Positions 17,018-26,803 of a DNA stretch of 64,000 nucleotides are shown here, piece after piece. The notes under the pieces were generated by a model that was not told the DNA's origin, searched no databases, and worked only from the letters and a program-made list of their open reading frames with translations. The stretch's first letter is position 1. The number at the start of each line of letters is the position of its first letter. The stretch lies in contig CAPAOV010000003.1 in NCBI GenBank assembly GCA_948579355.1, positions 72,693 through 136,692 on the forward strand. The letters are read 5' to 3'. The position numbers were made by a program, and so were the translations under genes. The DNA is from an uncultured Eubacterium sp. Lineage in GTDB: Bacteria > Bacillota > Clostridia > Lachnospirales > Lachnospiraceae.

Positions 17018-17396
17018 TCCCCCTTGTCTTTTTCCTACAGCTTCTTAATTTTAATCCACCGATAGCACGCCTATGAAAAAATGCATAATTTAGAATATAT
17101 AATATAGTATAACAGACTTCCCTTTGTCTTTTTGTGTTAATTTTGCTTCAAAACACGTTAATTTTGCTGATTTTTCTTTTTTTACATCAAAAGGAGGAAA
17201 GGTTTTTCTATTTATAGTTTATAATTTTTTTGCTTCTCTTTCGTCATAGCCACACATCTGCTTTCTTTTTGAAAATCTCCCCTTAGATTTTTAAAACAAA
17301 AAGCAGCCAAATTACACTCTCCGGTAAGATGACTGCCTTATATCCTTTTAGGAATTACTGTTCTTTCCTGCGTGACTTTCGCACTATTTATTGTGT

Positions 17397-18866
17397 CTAT
17401 TTCTCAATACTTTTCAGCGTCGGGAACAGCAGCACATCACGTATTGCAGGCGAGTTTGTCATCATCATCACCATGCGGTCAATCCCAAAGCCGATGCCTC
17501 CGGTTGGCGGCATTCCAATACTCAGGGCGTTCAAAAAGTCTTCATCACAGTGGTTTGCTTCCTCGTCGCCGGCAGCAAACAGCTTCTCCTGCGCCTCAAA
17601 GCGTTCTCTCTGGTCAATCGGGTCGTTGAGCTCGGAATAGGCATTTGCCATCTCCCAGCCGTTCATAAAGAACTCAAAGCGCTCCACATATTCCGGATTA
17701 TCCGGCTTCTTTTTTGTCAACGGAGAAATCTCAATCGGGTGGTCCATCACAAATGTCGGCTGAAGCAAATGTTCCTCCACATACTCCTCAAAGAACAGAT
17801 TCAAGATATCACCTTTCTCATGGCGCTCCTCAAATTCAATATGATGTTCTTTGGCGAGCGCTTTTGCCTCTTCCGTCGTTGCAACCGCATCAAAATCCAC
17901 ATCGGCGTATTTCTTAACGGCGTCCACCATCGTAATGCGCTCAAACGGCTTGGACAAATCCATCGTATGTTCGCCATACTGCAGAACTTCCGAACCGGTT
18001 ACTTCTTTTGCCACGTAGCGGTACAAATTTTCCGTCAAGTCCATCATGCCATGATAATCGGTATAGGCCTGATAGAGCTCCATCAGCGTAAACTCCGGAT
18101 TATGTCTCGTGTCAAGTCCCTCATTCCGAAATACCCGGCCAATCTCATAGACCTTTTCAAGTCCTCCGACAATCAGTCTCTTTAAGTACAATTCCAAAGA
18201 AATGCGCAGTTTCAAATCTTCATCCAAGGCATTAAAATGTGTCTCAAACGGGCGGGCGGCGGCTCCACCGGCATTCGCCACCAGCATTGGCGTCTCCACT
18301 TCCATAAAGCCCTGTCCGTCTAAATAATTACGGATACTGCGGAGTACTTTGGAGCGTTTCACAAACGTCTCCTTAACTTCCGTATTCATAATCAAATCCA
18401 CATAACGCTGACGATAACGCATATCGGTATCTGTCAGACCATGAAATTTCTCAGGAAGAATTTGCAGGCTCTTTGACAGCAGCTTCACGTCGCTCGCATG
18501 GATAGAAGTTTCTCCCGTCTTCGTTTTAAATACCTCGCCGGTAATTGCAAGAATATCCCCGACATCATATTTTTTAAAATCTTTATAAGAATCCTCACCA
18601 ATGTTGTCACGCGCCACATAAGCCTGAATATTTCCCTCTAAGTCCTGAACATTACAAAACGAAGCTTTTCCCATCACACGCTTAAACATCATTCGGCCGG
18701 CAACTGTTACCGTTTTTCCCTCCATATCTTCAAAGTGATTCTTTATCTCCATCGAATGATGCGTTACTTCACACTTCGTAATGGCAAACGGGTCTCTGCC
18801 CTCCGCCTGAAGATTTGCAAGTTTCTCTCTTCTCACTTTTAACAACTGATTCATATCTTCTGCCAC
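17397..18866 (-). CDS. lysS: Lysine--tRNA ligase (class II)
   Basis: Full-length match to my memory of LysS (VRREKL..L...G..PF, class-II motifs FRNEG, GGIGxGIDR). GTG start behind GAGGG. Confidence 0.95.
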   Translation of the reverse strand: MAEDMNQLLKVRREKLANLQAEGRDPFAITKCEVTHHSMEIKNHFEDMEGKTVTVAGRMMFKRVMGKASFCNVQDLEGNIQAYVARDNIGEDSYKDFKKYDVGDILAITGEVFKTKTGETSIHASDVKLLSKSLQILPEKFHGLTDTDMRYRQRYVDLIMNTEVKETFVKRSKVLRSIRNYLDGQGFMEVETPMLVANAGGAAARPFETHFNALDEDLKLRISLELYLKRLIVGGLEKVYEIGRVFRNEGLDTRHNPEFTLMELYQAYTDYHGMMDLTENLYRYVAKEVTGSEVLQYGEHTMDLSKPFERITMVDAVKKYADVDFDAVATTEEAKALAKEHHIEFEERHEKGDILNLFFEEYVEEHLLQPTFVMDHPIEISPLTKKKPDNPEYVERFEFFMNGWEMANAYSELNDPIDQRERFEAQEKLFAAGDEEANHCDEDFLNALSIGMPPTGGIGFGIDRMVMMMTNSPAIRDVLLFPTLKSIEK

Positions 18867-18891
18867 GATTTTTTACCCTCATTTCTATCAT

Positions 18892-19374
18892 TTAGTTCTT
18901 ATGAAAATCCAAAATTTCGTATTGAATAAAACCAACCGGTGTCTCTACCTCTACGGTATCTCCCTTTTGCGCGCCAATCAGCGCTTTTCCCACCGGAGAT
19001 TCATTGGAGATTTTACCTTTCAGGCTGTTTGCTTCCGTGGAACCTACAATCTTGTATTCCATCTCCTCTTCGAATTCCATATCCTTTATTTTCACTGTGC
19101 AGCCTACATTAATTACACTTGCGTCAACATCGTCGTCATCAACTACTTCTGCATTTTTCAGTATTTTGTCTATTTCCTCAATCCGAAGTTCAATGTCGCG
19201 CTGTTCTTCTTTCGCTGCGTCATACTCCGCATTCTCGGATAAATCGCCCTGCTCCCTTGCTTCCTTAATTTTCTGAGCAACTTCACGACGTCGATTCACT
19301 TTCAAATCATGCAATTCATCTTCTAACGCTTTTAATCCCTCATACGTTAAAATTTTCTTCTTTGTTTCAGCCAT
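18892..19374 (-). CDS. greA: Transcription elongation factor GreA
   Basis: LTYEGLKALEDEL..L...RR.E....I.EAR..GDLSENAEYDAAKEEQ. ATG at 19374 lies behind GGGAGGT. Confidence 0.93.
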   Translation of the reverse strand: MAETKKKILTYEGLKALEDELHDLKVNRRREVAQKIKEAREQGDLSENAEYDAAKEEQRDIELRIEEIDKILKNAEVVDDDDVDASVINVGCTVKIKDMEFEEEMEYKIVGSTEANSLKGKISNESPVGKALIGAQKGDTVEVETPVGFIQYEILDFHKN

Positions 19375-19445
19375 GGATATACCTCCCGAAATTCTTAATT
19401 GTACCGCCAACCGAACATAAAATCAGGTTGACTACACATCGTTTT

Positions 19446-19474
19446 ATTATAACTTAACTTCCATACATTGTCAA
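19446..19474 (-). promoter_or_regulatory. Consensus sigma-70 promoter for greA-lysS
   Basis: On the minus strand: TTGACA, 17 nt, TATAAT. Confidence 0.7.
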
Positions 19475-19593
19475 TTCCGCAGCCATTTGAGTTTCGCCCA
19501 TTTTTGTAGCAAGGCGGTGGGTATCCTGCCCTATCTTGTCCGGTATACCGCTCCAAACGAAAAATAGATTATTTCTTTCATTTCCAATCCGTA

Positions 19594-21990
19594 TTAATCA
19601 AGAAACGGCTTCTTTTCTGCTTCCGAATCTTCCTGTTCCTCGGTGGCGCGGATTAAAATATTATGATATTTTTTAGCAATATTATTCAGCGTGTTTTTCT
19701 GCATTGCGGCCCAGTTTGCTTCGGAAATAGAGCAAATCGTATCCGCATATCCCGCTTTTACGGAAGCATCCGTCGTCGGTCCCATCTGCATAATAACACG
19801 AATCGGATAGTAGCGGCAGTCTTCAAACGTATTTTCCGTTACCGTTGGATTGAGAACACCGCGCAGCAGCAGCGCCACATATTTATATGGATTTCCCGAG
19901 TCATTTCGTTTACCATCATCCAACGACTGAATATTCATAAACGTATTTCCCTTAATAAGGGTATCTTTCCAGTTTAGAGCGCGTATTGCCACATTATACG
20001 TTCCATCAAAACAATTGTTTATAATCTGCACATTCTCCTGATATAGCTGTTTTGTGCCGTCGACAGAATAAGTATGGCTGCCAATGGCCGTTCCCACATT
20101 TTTAAATACATTATTGCGAATATAAACGTCCTTACATGTGAGCATATCATGGGCAGACCAGTCATAATTGAAGCCGTCGGTAACTAAATCGTTACCATCT
20201 ACATTGATACACTCTTTATGGCTCTTCTCGTCGAGCGGCTTAAATCCCTCAAACATGCATTTTTCAAAAACTACGTTTTGAGAAGAATTTAATTCCACAA
20301 AATGAGAGCCATATTGATTTTGGAAAGTAACTCCCTGAATTAAAATATTCCTTGCGTGTCCCATCACCAGACCCATGCAATTTTTTACATTGGCACAGTT
20401 GATTCGGGCCGTTCCCTGACCGATAATTTTAATATCGTGCGCCCCATTGTAACTGCGTACCGTTCCCTTTGTCCCATCTTTCGACGGCGGCACTAGGGTA
20501 AAAAGCGATTTGGCATAACAGATATCCGTTGCTGTTGTTCCCGACTTTGTAAAATTGACGCCGTTTTCGAGTGTCATCGTTACATTTGAGGGAATACAAA
20601 TATGATTCGTAACCGGATAATTGCCAGCCTTTACTGTAATTGTACCGCCTCCGGCATATTCCAACTGTTCCATATAAGACAGGAACGTATAGTACACACG
20701 GCGCTTGGAAAAGTCTGCCGCATCGTTATACTTCTCATGGTACGGCCCCGTAGATGAAGTGATAACAAATGCTTTATCTGCTTTATTCCTCACATAGGTA
20801 ATACGCGTCTTGCCGTTGAGTATATAATAATGGCTCAGTTCGCTTGCCGCATTTGCCGCCAGCTTATTTTTCGCTGCCGTGCCAATAACGGATGCCACAC
20901 TTGGCATCTTCTTTCCCTTGCCGGCATTCGCCGCCTTATTAAAGCAGGCCAGAAACTTACATTTACTAACTGTATTTGACGCCACTGACGGCTCATAAAC
21001 ACCATAACCGTACACTGCGCTGCCTGTCTTCTTTTTCGAAGATACAAGCTTAATCGTATTGTTTTTTATCGCCGGCTTTTTCCACAAGACGGCATAAACC
21101 GCGCATTTTTGCGTATCCGTAAATGTATTTTTATCAATTGTGATTTTCGTCTGGTAATGCTTTGTCGTCTTTTTTGCAGACTTTACGACAACTGATTTCG
21201 TCGTGCCAACACCGATATCCGCAGACTGAAATTCATTTCTGGTAATCGTGATGGATTTATTTTTCGTATTATCTAACTTACTCCATTTTCCGGTAAAGTC
21301 ATTTGTCGTCTCATTGATTGTCTCCAAGCGTATCGCCATGCGGTTTTTCAAACCTGAAACAGCCGCTCCTTTTTGAAAAACACAATTGCTGACCGTCACG
21401 TTCTGGGAGCCCTCTATCCAGACGTAACTGCCGCCTTTTTTATTTTTAAATGTAACGCCGCTGATTTTTACATCGGAAGCGTGGCCGATATATACAGCGG
21501 TCGCTCCTTTTACTTTCCCGAGGTCAATCGCGGCCTTTCCGGAACCCTTTATACTCACTTTCTTCGACGATTGGTATTTTGACACCGTACGGTTCTGTGA
21601 AGCCTTTTGGGAAGAAACCGTTTGCAATAAAACTTTCGTCGCCTTTAATTTCCCCGTTCCCGTAGCCTTAGTCTTTTTTATTTTCGCGCCGGATTTTAAT
21701 TCTATCGTCACATTTGATGGCACTGACAGTGTGCCCGGAACTTTATAAGTACCTTTCTTTAACTTCAAAGTTCCCCCGGTTTCCCCCAGACGGTCCAGAT
21801 ACGATTGCAGCATCAAAAACTGTTTTGTCTTTGCATTGTATTGCGGCTTCTGCCGATACGCCCTGCTGCAGGGAATCGTCTTTGGATTCACCGTAACCGT
21901 TCTCTTCTTCGCCTCAGCATTCTGTCCGCATAAACCGATACCGGCCATCATGCCAACCATACCCATAATAATCATCCACTGTTTTTTCAT
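19594..21990 (-). CDS. Secreted protein with two right-handed parallel beta-helix (pectate-lyase-fold) modules
   Basis: Signal peptide. Two internally similar modules (GGTLKLKKGTYKVPGTLSVPSNVTI / GGTITVKAGNYPVTNHICIPSNVTM) followed by N/G/V-rich beta-helix repeats. Confidence 0.7.
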   Translation of the reverse strand: MKKQWMIIMGMVGMMAGIGLCGQNAEAKKRTVTVNPKTIPCSRAYRQKPQYNAKTKQFLMLQSYLDRLGETGGTLKLKKGTYKVPGTLSVPSNVTIELKSGAKIKKTKATGTGKLKATKVLLQTVSSQKASQNRTVSKYQSSKKVSIKGSGKAAIDLGKVKGATAVYIGHASDVKISGVTFKNKKGGSYVWIEGSQNVTVSNCVFQKGAAVSGLKNRMAIRLETINETTNDFTGKWSKLDNTKNKSITITRNEFQSADIGVGTTKSVVVKSAKKTTKHYQTKITIDKNTFTDTQKCAVYAVLWKKPAIKNNTIKLVSSKKKTGSAVYGYGVYEPSVASNTVSKCKFLACFNKAANAGKGKKMPSVASVIGTAAKNKLAANAASELSHYYILNGKTRITYVRNKADKAFVITSSTGPYHEKYNDAADFSKRRVYYTFLSYMEQLEYAGGGTITVKAGNYPVTNHICIPSNVTMTLENGVNFTKSGTTATDICYAKSLFTLVPPSKDGTKGTVRSYNGAHDIKIIGQGTARINCANVKNCMGLVMGHARNILIQGVTFQNQYGSHFVELNSSQNVVFEKCMFEGFKPLDEKSHKECINVDGNDLVTDGFNYDWSAHDMLTCKDVYIRNNVFKNVGTAIGSHTYSVDGTKQLYQENVQIINNCFDGTYNVAIRALNWKDTLIKGNTFMNIQSLDDGKRNDSGNPYKYVALLLRGVLNPTVTENTFEDCRYYPIRVIMQMGPTTDASVKAGYADTICSISEANWAAMQKNTLNNIAKKYHNILIRATEEQEDSEAEKKPFLD

Positions 21991-22102
21991 CTGCTTCGTC
22001 TAACCTCTCTTTTATCATTGAATTGCAACTTATCTTTGCGATAACTCCTTGTGACAATGCCTAGTATAATGGTAAATGATGTCATTTTCTTTACACTTGT
22101 GC

Positions 22103-22131
22103 TTGACATCATCTGCTATTTTATGTATTAT
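22103..22131 (+). promoter_or_regulatory. Promoter of the GntR-ABC operon
   Basis: TTGACA (22103-22108), 17 nt, TATTAT (22126-22131). Confidence 0.55.
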
Positions 22132-22196
22132 TGTATTGTGCTATTAATACAGTAACACAACATTGGATAAATCTTGCAGTAGAAAAGGAGGTAACT

Positions 22197-22556
22197 ATGG
22201 CTTGGAAATTATCTAATGACCGCCCCATCTATATACAATTGATGGAACAGATTAAACGCCAAATTCTTTCCGGACGTTACCATTGCGGTGATAACTTTCC
22301 CTCTGTTCGGGAATTAGCAGCCGAGGCGGCTGTCAACCCAAACACAATGCAAAAGGCGCTCGCCGCTCTGGAGCAGGAGGGACTGCTGGTAACTAACAGG
22401 ACGAACGGACGCTCTGTCACAAGTGACGGGACGCTGATTCAAACAATGCGTGAAAGTCTGGCTGCGGAAATTGTCAACGAATGTCAAAATGCACTGCTGG
22501 CATTGGGTTATGATTCAGAAGATAGTATGGCATTTATTAAAAAGAACTATCCCTGA
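22197..22556 (+). CDS. GntR-family (YhcF-like) transcriptional regulator
   Basis: PIYIQLMEQIKRQILSGRY..GDNFPSVRELAAEAAVNPNTMQKALAALEQEGL. ATG lies behind AAGGAGG. Confidence 0.85.
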   Translation: MAWKLSNDRPIYIQLMEQIKRQILSGRYHCGDNFPSVRELAAEAAVNPNTMQKALAALEQEGLLVTNRTNGRSVTSDGTLIQTMRESLAAEIVNECQNALLALGYDSEDSMAFIKKNYP

Positions 22557-22610
22557 AAAACAGATTAGAAATTGATAAATCAGCCTATAACAGGCAGAAT
22601 GGAGGATTTT

Positions 22611-23306
22611 ATGTTATTACTGGAAGCAAGCCGCCTGACTAAAAAATTCGGCCCAAATTATGCTCTCAATGACGTCAATCTTTCGTTAGATTGCGGCAAA
22701 ATCATTGGCTTATTGGGCCCGAACGGCAGCGGCAAAACAACATTTATAAAAATTATTACCGGACTACTGAAACCAACTTCCGGCATCGTCCGAATTGGTG
22801 CAGAACAACCCGGTATTCTTACCAAACAACACATTTCCTACCTTCCTGACCAGACGATTTTCCCAAAATGGATGAAGGTAACCGACTTATTTTCCTATTA
22901 TCAGGACTTTTTTTCGGATTTTGACAGAGCGAAAGCAAAAGAGATGATGCAGCGCCTCAATATCTCCGAAAAAATGCGCCTGCGCCAGATGTCGAAAGGA
23001 ACACTAGAAAAGGTACAGCTCATTCTGGCTATGAGCCGCAACGCCAATCTCTATTGTCTGGATGAACCTATCGGCGGTGTAGACCCCGCCACACGTGATT
23101 ACATATTACAGACAATTATTTCAAACTATAGCGAAAATGCGTCCGTTCTCATTTCTACTCACTTAATTTCAGATGTGGAAAGTGTTTTAGACGAAGTAAT
23201 ATTCCTGCAAAATGGTCAGGTTCGCATGCACTCGTCCGTAGAGGATATACGGGAACACGAGGGACAATCCGTTGACGCGCTGTTTAGGGAGGTGTTTCGA
23301 TGCTAG
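22611..23306 (+). CDS. ABC transporter ATP-binding protein
   Basis: Walker A GPNGSGKTT, signature MSKGTLEK (degenerate LSGG), Walker B LYCLDEP. Confidence 0.88.
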   Translation: MLLLEASRLTKKFGPNYALNDVNLSLDCGKIIGLLGPNGSGKTTFIKIITGLLKPTSGIVRIGAEQPGILTKQHISYLPDQTIFPKWMKVTDLFSYYQDFFSDFDRAKAKEMMQRLNISEKMRLRQMSKGTLEKVQLILAMSRNANLYCLDEPIGGVDPATRDYILQTIISNYSENASVLISTHLISDVESVLDEVIFLQNGQVRMHSSVEDIREHEGQSVDALFREVFRC

Positions 23307-24112
23307 GAAAACTGATTAAACACGAATTTAAGGATACAATACGCTTATTTTGGCCGATTTTCAGCCTTATCGTTGTATTGACACCGCTTTTCGCCTTTTT
23401 GATGAAATTGGGCCTAAATGGTACTTTTTTAGGCTACGAAGAGCAAAATGGCCTGAACCTGACCTATGCCTTACAGGGAGGGTTAATCGGATACTATTTG
23501 CTTCTTTTAGGACTCTTCCTCAGCTGCCAGATTATGATGGCGCTGCGTTTCTACCGCACGGTTGCAACGAACGAGGCCTATCTGACTTTTACGCTGCCAA
23601 CCTCGACGGGTAAAATTTTATTTAGCAAATGGCTGATTGCCATGCTATATTACATAGTATCCGGAATCCTTGCTTTTTTCTCTATTCTTTTTACTATTAT
23701 TGTAGCTACACCCGCCACTTTTAGAGAAATAGTACAGGCCTTTGAGGATTTGATACTCAATATTGACATTGACAGTTTCTCCCTGCTTTCTTTAGTAGTG
23801 CTTGTATTTATCGTTTCCGGCGCCGCTAAGATACTGCAGTTTTATGTTTCCATTGTGCTGGGGCAGTTATTCCGTTCCCATCGGGCGATAATCAGTATCG
23901 GCTTTTACATCGCGCTGTCGGTCGTATTGCAAATCGTCAGTTCCCTTGTATTGCTGCCAGTCATCTACTTTAACTTTTTGGACGGTCTTTCATCATCCAA
24001 CTATGTATTTCACTCCTTCCTGTTGATGCTTATACTGTTCAATGCGGTTCTTGCCGGAGGATTCTATTTTACGACATATTTGATTATGCGCAAGCGGCTG
24101 AACGTAAGGTAG
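23300..24112 (+). CDS. Polytopic membrane protein (ABC-2-type permease partner)
   Basis: Six or so hydrophobic helices. Overlaps the ATPase stop. Confidence 0.7.
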   Translation: MLGKLIKHEFKDTIRLFWPIFSLIVVLTPLFAFLMKLGLNGTFLGYEEQNGLNLTYALQGGLIGYYLLLLGLFLSCQIMMALRFYRTVATNEAYLTFTLPTSTGKILFSKWLIAMLYYIVSGILAFFSILFTIIVATPATFREIVQAFEDLILNIDIDSFSLLSLVVLVFIVSGAAKILQFYVSIVLGQLFRSHRAIISIGFYIALSVVLQIVSSLVLLPVIYFNFLDGLSSSNYVFHSFLLMLILFNAVLAGGFYFTTYLIMRKRLNVR

Positions 24113-24144
24113 CCTGACGGTAACAAGCCGAGCTAAATAAACAA

Positions 24145-24216
24145 CAAAAAATCCACGAATCATTGTAAAAGAAGAGAGGCTTACAAACAAACTCTCCCAC
24201 CGATTCGTGGATTTTT
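24145..24216. terminator. Bidirectional terminator between the ABC operon and prfC
   Basis: AAAAAATCCACGAATC ... GATTCGTGGATTTTT, with an inner GAGAG/CTCTC helix. A/T tracts on both sides. Confidence 0.6.
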
Positions 24217-24240
24217 AATAAATTTTTTCCCAGCCACTGG

Positions 24241-25836
24241 CTAATTCCGTGAAAATTCGCTCAGTAAAAGATTTTCGTTGCGCTCAAGAGCTGTTTGTAT
24301 GCTCCACGGGTGGGTAAAGAGCAGAAGCGGACGGTCACGCAAATCTTTTACTTTCTTTGTATCCGAAGTTACCGATAATGACGCCACATCAATTTCCTTA
24401 TTTTCAATCCAGCGGACATGTTCATATGGCAACTGCTCCATCCGTATTTCCACATTATACTCATTCTCTAAGCGATACTGGAGGACCTCAAACTGGAGGA
24501 CGCCGACAACGCCGACAATGATTTCTTCCATTCCGGTGTTCATCTCTTGAAAAATCTGAATCGCACCCTCTTGAGCAATCTGAGTAATCCCTTTCATAAA
24601 CTGTTTTCTCTTCATCGTATCCACCTGACGCACGCGCGCGAAATGCTCCGGTGCAAAAGTTGGAATACCCTCAAAACAAACAGGCTCCTTACCTTTATAT
24701 AACGTATCCCCAATGGAGAAAATACCCGGGTCAAAGACGCCGATTATATCGCCGGCATATGCCTCCTCCACATGTTTTCTTTCCTGCGCCATCATCTGCT
24801 GCGGCTGTGCGAGACGAATCTTCTTTCCTCCCTGCACATGCATGACTTCCATGCCCGCCTCGAACTTACCGGAACAAATACGCATAAAGGCGATACGGTC
24901 GCGGTGCGCCTTATTCATATTCGCCTGAATCTTAAAAACAAAAGCAGAAAATTCATCCGAAAAAGGATTGACAGGAGTTCCTTGCGACTCCCGCGGCAAT
25001 GGCGACGTCGTCATTTCCAAAAAGTGCTGCAAAAAAGTTTCCACGCCAAAATTTGTCAGCGCAGAGCCGAAAAACACCGGTGACAGTTGTCCTGCCCGCA
25101 CTTTTTCCAAATCAAACTCATCGCTGGCCCCATCAAGCAATTCAATTTCATCCACCAGAATGTCATGGTATTCTTTTGTAATCAAATCATCCAGATTCGC
25201 ATCGCCGAGTTTCGCCTTAATTGTCTCAACCTTTTGTCCGTTATCTCCAGAGAGAAAGCGGGAAATCGTCTGCGTATTGCGGTCGTAGACCCCCTTAAAA
25301 TTTTTCCCCGAGCCAATCGGCCAGTTAATCGGACAGGTGCGAATACCAAGCACATTTTCTATCTGGTCCATCAGTTCAAAGGCGTCCATCGCCTCTCTAT
25401 CCATTTTATTAATAAAAGTAAAAATCGGAATACCGCGCATCACGCATACTTTAAAAAGCTTGATTGTCTGCGCCTCAACACCTTTGGAGCCGTCGATGAC
25501 CATCACTGCAGAATCGGCGGCCATCAGCGTCCGATAAGTATCTTCCGAAAAGTCCTGATGTCCCGGCGTATCTAGAATGTTGATACAAAAATTGTCATAA
25601 TTAAACTGCAGTACCGAAGAAGTCACCGAGATTCCTCTCTCTTTCTCAATCTCCATCCAGTCGGAAACCGCATGTTTAGCCGCCTTACGCCCCTTTACCG
25701 AGCCCGCCAGATTAATGGCGCCGCCGTATAAAAGAAACTTTTCCGTCAACGTCGTCTTTCCGGCGTCCGGATGTGATATGATAGCAAAGGTACGACGCTT
25801 TTCAACTTCCTTTTTCCATAAATCGCCCATCTTCAT
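24241..25836 (-). CDS. prfC: Peptide chain release factor 3
   Basis: RRTFAIISHPDAGKTTLTEK, DTPGHQDF, NKMD GTPase motifs and RF3 length. The start is 25836 or 25830. Confidence 0.93.
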   Translation of the reverse strand: MKMGDLWKKEVEKRRTFAIISHPDAGKTTLTEKFLLYGGAINLAGSVKGRKAAKHAVSDWMEIEKERGISVTSSVLQFNYDNFCINILDTPGHQDFSEDTYRTLMAADSAVMVIDGSKGVEAQTIKLFKVCVMRGIPIFTFINKMDREAMDAFELMDQIENVLGIRTCPINWPIGSGKNFKGVYDRNTQTISRFLSGDNGQKVETIKAKLGDANLDDLITKEYHDILVDEIELLDGASDEFDLEKVRAGQLSPVFFGSALTNFGVETFLQHFLEMTTSPLPRESQGTPVNPFSDEFSAFVFKIQANMNKAHRDRIAFMRICSGKFEAGMEVMHVQGGKKIRLAQPQQMMAQERKHVEEAYAGDIIGVFDPGIFSIGDTLYKGKEPVCFEGIPTFAPEHFARVRQVDTMKRKQFMKGITQIAQEGAIQIFQEMNTGMEEIIVGVVGVLQFEVLQYRLENEYNVEIRMEQLPYEHVRWIENKEIDVASLSVTSDTKKVKDLRDRPLLLFTHPWSIQTALERNENLLLSEFSRN

Positions 25837-25864
25837 TCTCCTCTCCAAACAAATCTGTTTTCAG

Positions 25865-25896
25865 GCAAAAGAAAAGTCCTGACATCAATCAGGACT
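25865..25896 (-). terminator. Terminator after tRNA-Gln
   Basis: AGTCCTGA/TCAGGACT stem followed on the minus strand by TTTCTTTT. Confidence 0.65.
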
Positions 25897-25902
25897 AGTG
25901 AG

Positions 25903-25974
25903 CTGGGCTACAAGGATTCGAACCTTGAAATGCTGGAGTCAGAGTCCAGTGCCTTACCATTTGGCGATAGCCCA
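25903..25974 (-). tRNA. tRNA-Gln (anticodon CTG)
   Basis: Hand-folded cloverleaf: acceptor TGGGCTA/TAGCCCA, anticodon stem CTGGA/TCCAG with loop CTCTGAC, T-arm GGTTCGAATCC. No encoded CCA. Confidence 0.9.
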
Positions 25975-25992
25975 ATTACAACCACAAGCGAT

Positions 25993-26021
25993 ATTATACA
26001 TGAAACATTTTAAGAATGCAA
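25993..26021 (-). promoter_or_regulatory. Promoter of tRNA-Gln
   Basis: On the minus strand: TTGCAT, 17 nt, TATAAT. Confidence 0.6.
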
Positions 26022-26061
26022 GTAGTTTTTTCATATTTTTTGTACTTTTTTCACCACTTTT

Positions 26062-26523
26062 TTACGGATACTTCTTTTTATCTGCTTTTCCGGCACTGTC
26101 AATCTCTGCCGCTTGCGTTTTACTCATGCGTACGGCCGTACTTTTTTGCACATCGTATGTTCCTACCTGCTGCTTTTTCGGAAATTTCATCCCCATCGTC
26201 AACGCCTTTTTATATATGGTATCATAATCAACAAGCAGACTTTCTTCCTCTTTCTGCAATACTACATTTCCCTTTATCATATCATCAACTTGTGACTGCA
26301 GCGCATATACCGACTTATCTAACATAACTTTGCGATTTTCCAGCCGTACTACATAAAAACATAAAAGAATAAGCAATCCCGTTATCACAAGCGCTGCCAG
26401 TAAATGCTTTAAAATACTTTTCCGTACCCTTTCTTTGCGTACGTCAATAACCGTTATCTTATTTTTGCTGCTTCTTATCTGTATGGCAGTATTTCCTACC
26501 ATATAATCCATCGTCGCCCTCAT
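26062..26523 (-). CDS. Single-pass membrane protein (FtsL/DivIC-like topology), function unknown
   Basis: 153-aa ORF, GGAGGAG RBS, one TM helix (LLAALVITGLLILLCFYVV) followed by a coiled-coil-like segment. Confidence 0.6.
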   Translation of the reverse strand: MRATMDYMVGNTAIQIRSSKNKITVIDVRKERVRKSILKHLLAALVITGLLILLCFYVVRLENRKVMLDKSVYALQSQVDDMIKGNVVLQKEEESLLVDYDTIYKKALTMGMKFPKKQQVGTYDVQKSTAVRMSKTQAAEIDSAGKADKKKYP

Positions 26524-26544
26524 CCGCTCCTCCGTAACTTTTAT

Positions 26545-26694
26545 CTAATCCCTGCGTCTTTCTTTCTGATTATCGGTAGCTTCAACAATCAACATTGTAA
26601 TCGCACCGGAGCGGCTTGTATAATGCTCATCTGCATAGTGGTCAATGCGCTCAAGCACCTTATCATCTAACGTTATGTTGATTCTCTTCTTCAT
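26545..26694 (-). CDS. Ribbon-helix-helix (CopG-like) small protein, 49 aa
   Basis: Not in the ORF track. The MKKRINITLDDKVLERIDHYADEHYTSRSGAITMLI pattern is typical RHH. The stop lies 21 nt before the next gene's start. Confidence 0.6.
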   Translation of the reverse strand: MKKRINITLDDKVLERIDHYADEHYTSRSGAITMLIVEATDNQKERRRD

Positions 26695-26750
26695 ACCGCC
26701 CCTCTTTCCATACATATTATATACTTACTTTATACACATGAATTACTTAT

Positions 26751-26779
26751 ATTATACACACTTTTTCACCACTTTGCAA
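26751..26779 (-). promoter_or_regulatory. Promoter of the RHH/membrane-protein operon
   Basis: On the minus strand: TTGCAA, 17 nt, TATAAT. Confidence 0.55.
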
Positions 26780-26803
26780 CAACTATTTGTTTTTTTCGGG
26801 GCA

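Noticed and set aside
17391-18185. 264-aa plus-strand ORF, plus several other long ORFs antisense to lysS, purL, prfC, rfbD and the NeuB homologue.
   Set aside because: They lie entirely inside well-supported genes on the opposite strand, lack RBSs, and have biased compositions typical of antisense frames.
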